Positions 52,401-63,300 of a DNA stretch of 64,000 bases are shown here, in pieces. The position numbers were made by a program, and so were the translations under genes. Numbering within the stretch: position 1 is the stretch's first letter; each line of letters opens with the position of its first letter. The notes beneath the pieces were generated by a model, which worked only from the letters and a program-made list of their open reading frames with translations, had not been told where the DNA came from and did no database searches. This DNA is from Macrostomum hystrix (taxonomy: Eukaryota > Animalia > Platyhelminthes): contig CATNEN010000001.1 in assembly GCA_950097015.1 (NCBI GenBank), forward strand, positions 27,466,001 to 27,530,000, read 5' to 3'.

Positions 52401-55400
52401 AACTGAAGATTCTCTCAGCTTCTCAACTGAAGATTCTCTCAGCTTCTCAACTGAAGATTCTCTCAGCTTATCAACTGAAGACTCTCTCAGCTTCTCAACT
52501 GAAGACTCTCAGCTTCTCAACTGAAGACTCTCAGCTTCTCAACTGAAGACTCTCTCAGCTTCTCAACTGAAGACTCTCAGCTTCTCAACTGAAGACTCTC
52601 AGCTTCTCAACTGAAGACTCTCAGCTTCTCAACTGAAGACTCTCAGCTTCTCAACTGAAGACTCTCAGCTTCTCAACTGAAGACTCTCAGCCTTTCAACT
52701 GAAGACTCTCTGAGCTTCTCAACTGAAGACTCTCAGCTTCTCAACTGAAGACTCTCAGCTTCTCAACTGAAGATTCTCTCAGCTTCTCAACTGAAGATTC
52801 TCTCAGCTTCTCAACTGAAGATTCTCTCAGCTTCTCAACTGAAGATTCTCTCAGCTTATCAACTGAAGACTCTCTCAGCTTCTCAACTGAAGACTCTCAG
52901 CTTCTCAACTGAAGACTCTCAGCTTCTCAACTGAAGACTCTCAGCTTCTCAACTGAAGACTCTCAGCTTCTCAACTGAAGACTCTCAGCTTCTCAACTGA
53001 AGACTCCCTCTGCTTTCTATATGTGTATTTTGCTGTTTCTTATTAGCTTTTTTGCATGCTCACTTTAGTTTCTCAATGACTCATGCGTTGTATTTCGGAG
53101 CCCGAGACTGTTTCTTGACAAGCATTCTCGAGGTCGATCACTATCCCACCCGAAGTCGTGAATAAAAATCCCGAAATTGGCAGACAAAAAAGCTCGCGGC
53201 AAATCCCGGCAAAAGCCGCCGCCATCAGCGGCCTCCGCAGCGAATCCTCAGCAGCAACAGCAGCTGCAGCCGCAGCAGAAGCGAGCGGGCGCTTCTGCAG
53301 CAAAGTCTGCAGCCACTGCATCGTCCGCAGCTGAAGGCGCTGCTTCAAAGAACACAGCTGCTGCTGCTGCTGCTGTTGCAGATCCGAATCAGCGCGAGCT
53401 ACAGCAGCAGTCCTACATTCCAGTGGAAAAGAAAATTGTCATTGGTGTGTCTTGTGTGTCTGCCCCACTGCCTGTGTGTCTGCATTGGTCTAACTGTAGT
53501 CTGACCTGATTTTAAACACCTTTATATGCTCTAAATTCGCTACTCAGGTAGTTCTATCAACTTTGACGTTTTTAATTACTAAACTTGAAAATATCAATTA
53601 AAAATACCGATTTTTAAGGGCGATTTGACTGTCATTTATATCTGGTAAGGGTGTTAGACAGTCATTTGGGTGAGGTGAGGGTGTTAGACAGTCATTTGGG
53701 TGAGGTGAGGGTGTTAGACAGTCATTTAGATCTGATGAAGGTGTTAGACAGTCATATAGATCTGATGAAGGTGTTAGACAGTCATTTAGATCTGATGAAG
53801 GTGTTAGACAGTCATTTAGATCTGATGAAGGTGTTAGACAGTCATTTAGATCTGATGAAGGTGTTAGACAGTCACTTAGATCTGATGAAGGTGTTAGACA
53901 GTCATTTAGATCTGATGAAGGTGTTAGACAGTCACTTAGATCTGATGAAGGTGTTAGACAGTCACTTAGATCTGATGAAGGTATTAGACAGTCACTTAGA
54001 TCTGATGAAGGTGTTAGACAGTCATTTAGATCTGATGAAGGTGTTAGACAGTCACTTAGATCTGATGAAGGTGTTAGACAGTCATTTAGATCTGATGAAG
54101 ATGTTAGACAGTCATTTAGATCTGATGAAGGTGTTAGACAGTCACTTAGATCTGATGAAGGTATTAGACAGTCACTTAGATCTGATGAAGGTGTTAGACA
54201 GTCATTTAGATCTGATGAAGATGTTAGACAGTCACTTAGATCTGATGAAGGTGTTAGACAGTCACTTAGATCTGATGAAGGTGTTAGACAGTCATTTAGA
54301 TCTGATGAAGGTGTTAGACAGTCATTTAGATCTGATGAAGGTGTTAGACAGTCATTTAGATCTGATGAAGGTGTTAGACAGTCACTTAGATCTGATGAAG
54401 GTGTTAGACAGTCATTTAGATCTGATGAAGGTGTTAGACAGTCACTTAGATCTGATGAAGGTGTTAGACAGTCACTTAGATCTGATGAAGGTATTAGACA
54501 GTCACTTAGATCTGATGAAGGTGTTAGACAGTCATTTAGATCTGATGAAGGTGTTAGACAGTCACTTAGATCTGATGAAGGTGTTAGACAGTCATTTAGA
54601 TCTGATGAAGGTGTTAGACAGTCACTTAGATCTGATGAAGGTGTTAGACAGTCATTTAGATCTGATGAAGATGTTAGACAGTCATTTAGATCTGATGAAG
54701 GTGTTAGACAGTCACTTAGATCTGATGAAGGTATTAGACAGTCACTTAGATCTGATGAAGGTGTTAGACAGTCATTTAGATCTGATGAAGATGTTAGACA
54801 GTCACTTAGATCTGATGAAGGTGTTAGACAGTCACTTAGATCTGATGAAGGTATTAGACAGTCACTTAGATCTGATGAAGGTGTTAGACAGTCATTTAGA
54901 TCTGATGAAGATGTTAGACAGTCATTTAGATCTGATGAAGGTGTTAGACAGTCATTTAGATCTGATGAAGGTGTTAGACATTCATTTAGATCTGATGAAA
55001 GTGTTAGACATTCATTTAGATCTGATGTAGGTGTTAGACATTCATTTAGATCTGATGAAGGTGTTAGACATTCATTTAGATCTGATGAAGGTGTTAGACA
55101 TTCATTTAGATCTGATGAAGGTGTTAGACATTCATTTAGATCTGATGAAGGTGTTAGACATTCATTTAGATCTGATGAAGGTGTTAGACATTCATTTAGA
55201 TCTGATGAAGGTGTTAGACAGTCATTTAGATCTGATGAAGGTGTTAGACATTCATTTCGATCTGATGAAGGTGTTAGACATTCATTTAGATCTGATGTAG
55301 GTGTTAGACATTCATTTAGATCTGATGAAGGTGTTAGACAGTCATTTAGATCTGATGAAGGTGTTAGACATTCATTTAGATCTGATGTAGGTGTTAGACA

Positions 55401-58400
55401 TTCATTTAGATCTGATGAAGGTGTTAGACAGTCACTTAGATCTGATGAAGGTATTAGACAGTCACTTAGATCTGATGAAGGTGTTAGACAGTCATTTAGA
55501 TCTGATGAAGGTGTTAGACATTCATTTAGATCTGATGAAGGTGTTAGACAGTCATTTAGATCTGATGAAGATGTTAGACAGTCATTTAGATCTGATGAAG
55601 GTGTTAGACAGTCATTTAGATCTGATGAAGTTGTTAGACAGTCATTTAGATCTGATGAAGGTGTTAGACAGTCATTTAGATCTGATGAAGGTGTTAGACA
55701 GTCATTTAGATCTGATGAAGGTATTAGACAGTCATTTAGATCTGATGAAGGTGTTAGACAGTCATTTAGATCTGATGAAGGTGTTAGACAGTCATTTAGA
55801 TCTGATGAAGGTGTTAGACATTCATTTAGATCTGATGTAGGTGTTAGACAGTCATTTAGATCTGATGAAGGTGTTAGACATTCACTTAGATCTGATGAAG
55901 GTGTTAGACATTCATTTAGATCTGATGTAGGTGTTAGACAGTCATTTAGATCTGATGAAGGTGTTAGACATTCATTTAGATCTGATGTAGGTGTTAGACA
56001 GTCATTTAGATCTGATGAAGGTGTTAGACAGTCACTTAGATCTGATGAAGGTATTAGACAGTCACTTAGATATGATGAAGGTGTTAGACAGTCACTTAGA
56101 TCTGATGAAGGTGTTAGACAGTCATTTAGATCTGATGAAGGTGTTAGACAGTCACTTAGATCTGATGAAGGTGTTAGACAGTCACTTAGATATGATGAAG
56201 GTGTTAGACAGTCATTTAGATCTGATGAAGGTGTTAGACAGTCACTTAGATCTGATGAAGGTGTTAGACAGTCACTTAGATCTGATGAAGGTATTAGACA
56301 GTCACTTAGATATGATGAAGGTGTTAGACAGTCATTTAGATCTGATGAAGGTGTTAGACATTCATTTAGATCTGATGAAGGTGTTAGACAGTCACTTAGA
56401 TCTGATGAAGGTGTTAGACAGTCACTTAGATCTGATGAAGGTATTAGACAGTCACTTAGATATGATGAAGGTGTTAGACAGTCATTTAGATCTGATGAAG
56501 ATGTTAGACAGTCACTTAGATCTGATGAAGGTGTTAGACAGTCACTTAGATCTGATGAAGGTGTTAGACAGTCACTTAGATCTGATGAAGGTGTTAGACA
56601 GTCATTTAGATCTGATGAAGGTGTTAGACAGTCATTTAGATCTGATGAAGGTGTTAGACATTTAGATCTGATGAAGGTGTTAGACATTTAGTTCTGATGA
56701 AGGTGTTAGACATTTAGATCTGATGAAGGTGTTAGACAGTCATTTAGATCTGATGAAGGTGTTAGACAGTCATTTAGATCTGATGAAGGTGTTAGACAGT
56801 CATTAGATCTGATGAAGGTGTTAGACAGTCATTAGATCTGATGTAGGTGTTAGACATTCATTTAGATCTGATGTAGGTGTTAGACAGTCATTTAGATCTG
56901 ATGAAGGTGTTAGACAGTCATTTAGATCTGATGTAGGTGTTAGACAGTCATTTAGATCTGATGAAGGTGTTAGACAGTCATTTAGATCTGATGAAGGTGT
57001 TAGACATTCATTTAGATCTGATGTAGGTGTTAGACATTCATTTAGATCTGATGAAGGTGTTAGACAGTCATTTAGATCTGATGAAGGTGTTAGACAGTCA
57101 CTTTAGATCTGATGAAGGTGTTAGACAGTCATTTAGATCTGATGAAGGTGTTAGACAGTCATTTAGATCTGATGAAGGTGTTAGACATTCATTTAGATCT
57201 GATGAAGGTGTTAGACATTCATTTAGATCTGATGAAGGTGTTAGACATTCATTTAGATCTGATGTAGGTGTTAGACATTCATTTAGATCTGATGTAAGGT
57301 GTTAGACAGTCATTTAGATCTGATGAAGGTGTTAGACATTCATTTAGATCTGATGTAGGTGTTAGACAGTCATTTAGATCTGATGAAGGTGTTAGACATT
57401 CATTTAGATCTGATGTAGGTGTTAGACATTCATTTAGATCTGATGAAGGTGTTAGACAGTCACTTAGATCTGATGAAGGTGTTAGACAGTCACTTAGATC
57501 TGATGAAGGTGTTAGACAGTCATTTAGATCTGATGAAGATGTTAGACAGTCACTTAGATCTGATGAAGGTGTTAGACAGTCATTTAGATCTGATGTAGGT
57601 GTTAGACATTCATTTAGATCTGATGAAGGTGTTAGACAGTCACTTAGATCTGATGAAGGTGTTAGACAGTCATTTAGATCTGATGAAGGTGTTAGACATT
57701 TAGATCTGATGAAGGTGTTAGACATTTAGATCTGATGTAGGTGTTAGACATTCATTTAGATCTGATGAAGGTGTTAGACAGTCACTTAGATCTGATGAAG
57801 GTGTTAGACAGTCATTTAGATCTGATGAAGGTGTTAGACATTCATTTAGATCTGATGAAGGTGTTAGACAGTCATTTAGATCTGATGAAGATGTTAGACA
57901 GTCACTTAGATCTGATGAAGGTGTTAGACAGTCATTTAGATCTGATGAAGGTGTTAGACATTCATTTAGATCTGATGTAGGTGTTAGACAGTCATTTAGA
58001 TCTGATGAAGGTGTTAGACAGTCATTTAGATCTGATGTAGGTGTTAGACATTCATTTAGATCTGATGTAGGTGTTAGACATTCATTTAGATCTGATGTAG
58101 GTGTTAGACAGTCATTTAGATCTGATGAAGGTGTTAGACAGTCATTTAGATCTGATGAAGGTGTTAGACATTCATTTAGATCTGATGTAGGTGTTAGACA
58201 GTCATTTAGATCTGATGAAGGTATTAGACAGTCACTTAGATCTGATGAAGGTGTTAGACATTCATTTAGATCTGATGTAGGTGTTAGACATTCATTTAGA
58301 TCTGATGAAGGTGTTAGGCAGTCATTTAGATCTGATGAAGGTGTTAGACAGTCATTTAGATCTGATGAAGGTGTTAGGCAGTCATTTAGATCTGATGAAG

Positions 58401-60294
58401 GTGTTAGACAGTCATTTAGATCTGATGAAGGTGTTAGACAGTCATTTAGATCTGATGAAGGTGTTAGACAGTCATTTAGATCTGATGAAGGTGTTAGACA
58501 TTCATTTAGATCTGATGAAGGTGTTAGACAGTCATTTAGATCTGATGAAGGTGTTAGACAGTCATTTAGATCTGATGAAGGTGTTAGACATTCATTTAGA
58601 TCTGATGAAGGTGTTAGACAGTCATTTAGATCTGATGAAGGTGTTAGACATTCATTTAGATCTGATGAAGGTGTTAGACATTCATTTAGATCTGATGAAG
58701 GTGTTAGACATTCATTTAGATCTGATGTAGGTGTTAGACATTCATTTAGATCTGATGAAGGTGTTAGACATTCATTTAGATCTGATGTAGGTGTTAGACA
58801 TTCATTTAGATCTGATGAAGGTGTTAGACAGTCATTTAGATCTGATGAAGGTATTAGACAGTCATTTAGATCTGATGAAGGTATTAGACAGTCATTTAGA
58901 TCTGATGAAGGTGTTAGACAGTCATTTAGATCTGATGAAGGTGTTAGACAGTCATTTAGATCTGATGAAGGTGTTAGACATTCATTTAGATCTGATGAAG
59001 GTGTTAGACAGTCATTTAGATCTGATGAAGGTGTTAGACAGCCATTTAGATCTGATGTAGGTGTTAGACATTCATTTAGATCTGATGAAGGTGTTAGACA
59101 GTCATTTAGATCTGATGAAGGTGTTAGACAGCCATTTAGATCTGATGAAGGTGTTAGACATTCATTTAGATCTGATGAAGGTGTTAGACAGTCATTTAGG
59201 TCTAGTGAGTTAGACAATCACGTTGGATGTTTTTAGACAGTAATCATGAAGCTCAATTAATTAATGTGGCCAGCATGTTTGTACTTTTCGTAAAGTAACA
59301 AATCTTGTATGGCATAGTAACTAATTTTCTGTTTGATTAACTTAAAAAGTTTCTGTTACTAATCAACACAATTATAGTTCTTACTAATAGTAATACTAAA
59401 CAGACTTGTGTACACCAATCTTATTCTCAGACAACAAATCTGATTGTGTTGCTAGATCGTTCTAACCCAATTCTTGATGATTAAGCAGACAAAGTCTGTC
59501 CTAACTATGTAGTTCATTAATTTCAGCCTTGATTAAAGCTAATAATGTATTTTTAGATTGCATATAAGAACGACTAACTTGGGTGAGTTGTAGAGCGGTT
59601 AACGCGTTTGCCTCTCGCACCAAGGTCCCTGAGCTCGATTCCGCGGCGAGGCCACATTTATTTAGGGCGCAGCGGCGGAGAGAAGGATTGGGGGCTTGTC
59701 TTGCAATTTTCGCCCTTCAGGGCCAACCTCCAAGGCACAGTGAGTGTACTCTGCGTACAGTATCTGTGGCGTGTGTGCTCAGGAGTCAGCGAAATGGGCA
59801 GAATTGCCTCCTCGCTGGCTGCAGGTCTAGTGTCACGAAATGATGTGCCATTGCTCCCAACCCTCCTGCAATAATTATTATGGGTAATCCGTCAAGGTCA
59901 CAAGAGGCAACATTTAGATCGTGGCGTGAGTGAGGTGTTTTAGAAAGTTCTTTAAACGTCACACAGAGAAAGCTTCATTCTGAATTTGAAATACTTCAAC
60001 TTAATTAGTATTTTCTGACAGGTTTAATTTTATTTTAATCACCGAATCGCAGGTGTTAACACCAGCGCCAAACCTGTGACCAGCTTCTCGGCTCTATTCA
60101 ACGTGCGCCAGCTGGACAACCTGCTGCGCTGTTTCTGCCTCCTCGCCCGCCTGGCCACCCCGGCCAGCCCCGCACATCGGCACGCGCTGCACGCCGCCCA
60201 CGCGTGCGTTGTGCGCATCTTCCAGGTGGCCGTGCCGGCCGCACTGCCAGCCTCCAGGGAGGCCGCCAAAACCAAGGTCGAGGAGAAGGAGAAG

Positions 60295-60326
<32 letters not shown>

Positions 60327-63300
60327 AAAGGGCGGCAAAGGCGGGAAAGGCGCCGGAAAAGACAAAGAGGTCAGTAAGCTCAGTAAATAATGTGCGTTTC
60401 AGGTGCGATTGTAGAGTACGTTGGTCTATGGGTGGTCTTGATAATATTTGATATATCTAAATTTACATTGGTTTATGGGTATCAGAATGTATGCCGCACA
60501 TTTGTCTACGGGCGTGTCTAGGTGTACATTGGTCTATGGGCGTGTCTAGGTGTACATTGGTCTATGGGCGTGTCTAGGTGTACATTGGTCTATGGGCGTG
60601 TCTAGGTGTACATTTGTCTATGGCTGTCTAGGTGTACATTTGTCTATGGGTGTGTCTAGGTGCACATTCGTCTATGGGTGTGTCTTAGTGCATATTTGTC
60701 TATGGGTGTGTCTAGGTGTACATTGGTCTATGGGCATGTCTAAGTGTACATTTGTCTATGGGCGTGTCCAAGTGTACATTTGTCTATGGGTGTGTCTAAG
60801 TGCACATTTGTCTATGGGTGTCTAGGTGCACATTTGTCTATGGGTCTCTAGGTGTACATTGGTCTATGGGGGTGTCTAAGTGTACATTTGTCTATGGGCG
60901 TGTCTAAGTGTACATTTTTCTATGGGCGTGTCTAAGTGTACATTTTTCTATGGGCGTGTCTAAGTGTTCATTTTTCTATGGGCGTGTCTAAGTGTACATT
61001 TGTCTATGGGTGTGTCTAAGTGTACATTTGTCTATGGGGGTGTCTACATTTACATTCATATATTGATGTGGCTCACCCATTATTCACATTAAGTCTATAA
61101 AAATCTTAAGTCCTAATATATATTTCTCAGCGTATTTCAGTGTACAAAGATTTATAACTGTAATTACTCGTAGTTCTTTGCACATGGAAAATGTATGAGC
61201 TAAGCAATTTCTGCTTTAGTTTAGCACTGTAAGAGCCGACGAACCCAACAGCACATTATTTAATTATACGCCTTATAATAAGCTAACTATCGTAGACTTA
61301 CTTTTTTGTGTTAAATATTCACCTAATTGGTGCAGAACTATTAAATTAAAATGGGCTTGTCTAAAACGAAGCGATTTAGATTGTTTAAACAAAAACTCGC
61401 AACAATTTAAACGCACAGGAGCTGACCTCACTGATCAGTTTTGCTGCTGCAGCAGCTCTAAAACCAGTTAATGATGTACGGCTTTATTTCTTTTTTCCTA
61501 CAATATTTTTTTACGATGCACTGAAACTCACAGGTCATCAAATGCAAGGATCAATTATACGCAATTTAAATATTTATCTGCTGAGTTAGCATTATATGCC
61601 TTTCGTTAAGCCAAAGTTCTCACGTTGACAACCTAAACACCTTCTAGGATTTAGATAGGCGTATTGGAATTCAAATTAAATTCCTTTATTATTAAAATCG
61701 GTTCCTGCATTTTTTCACATTTTAGTAGGGGTTGTAGCATTGTGCCAAGTGGTTGGAGGGTCGGGCCTATGACTTGAAGGTCTGGGGTTCGATTTCCGAC
61801 TACATTGAAAACGAATGTGCCCCTTTAGCTCGATACCTAACTGTTAAATAGGTAACAGCTATAGCTGGGGGTAACTGAGGGTGGGTGTCCCCCTGTCCAC
61901 GGACTGAACAGCCGTACGCAGCTTTCAGAGGTCCAATTTAGTGCAATCGTACTATAAAATAATTCAATATTAGGAAAATATATTTTCTTATCCATCATAT
62001 TTTCATTCCGTTTCAGTCCGTCCCGGGAATCATTGAGTTAGAAGTAGGAAGAATTTGTGCTCACCAATTTTGCCTCATTGAAAATATTTATAACAGCTTC
62101 GATTTTTTGATTCCTTATTTTTTTGTTTTACTTGCGTGCTCATGTAAATTGGCGCAGGCTTAGCAACTGGAGTCCCGTTTATTCCTAGTGCTGCACATTT
62201 ATGCTCTGTTTTCATTTAGATTTAGATTTCATTGACTCTGTTTAAAGTTAGTAAAATTTGTACAACTCTGTACATGTCCGCGTACTCACAGCCACCCATT
62301 GAGCTGACAATGTGCTTGATAACAGGCGAAACAGATGGTAACCATGCACTCTTTCCGTTTGAAAACACAATTAATCGATGGAGCATTTCAATTGAAAACT
62401 ACTAACAATTTTGCAGCCCCAGAAAGAGAAGCCGAAGCGCAAGGGCGGCCTGGACTTTGTGCCCCAGTCGGCTGAGGACTGGGCCACCTACGATGTGCCC
62501 GACGAGCTGCTGGAGGTGTTCAAGCGCCAAGACTTGATGCCAGCAACCGGATTGGGACTGCACAACATCGCCAAGCCGGTGAGTTTCTAAATGCTTTTCA
62601 GGTGGTATTCCGAACTGATTACTGATTTGTTTTCTTTGGCGAAAAATTCCGCAGACAATCACTCTATACTACTGCCGTCTACTCACTGAGAAACTTCGCA
62701 ACGTCGGCTTGAGCCACCTGAGCTTGCCAGTGCTGGCTCTGCAGGACTGTCTCACTCGCGACCTGTGCAAGAGTAGGCCGGCCAACTGCCTCGTCCACCT
62801 GACGTGAGTGCCTTCCAAAGCTGTCTTTTTGCGTGGGGGCAGCGTTGAAGTAGAGTAAAATCGATATGCAAACAAAATCCCCTGGTATACCTGACTAACT
62901 CCTGAGCTCGAATCTACAGCGAGGCCACTTATTCGTGTTTATTATACATGCATGCTGTTCCATGGATGCTACGGGACTGGGGACTTCATTTGGTATTGCA
63001 GCGCCATGGACGTCTGCCTGGAGCTCTGCCTCCACCGCGGTGTCGAGTTCCATGAGCACTGCGCCGGTGAGATCGCCCCGGGCGTAGACGAGCTCACAGA
63101 GAATCGCAAGATGCTCGTTCAGTGGCGCGAACGACGCGCCCAGGTTCGCCGCGAAGAGGCGCGTGCTCGCGAGTCGCTGGCCGAGCTGGCGCGCGAGCTG
63201 GGCCGCGACCCGGCTGAGCTGACGGCCGCGGCTGGAACTGTCCGCGGCACTAGCAGCGACGAAGACGACGCTGGCGGACTCGCTGGCGGCCACCTGGGCG

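Noticed and set aside
53598-59217. Long ORFs (CLTPSSDLND)n and (VLDSHLDLMK)n
   Set aside because: By-products of a 30-bp intronic satellite, broken by indels.
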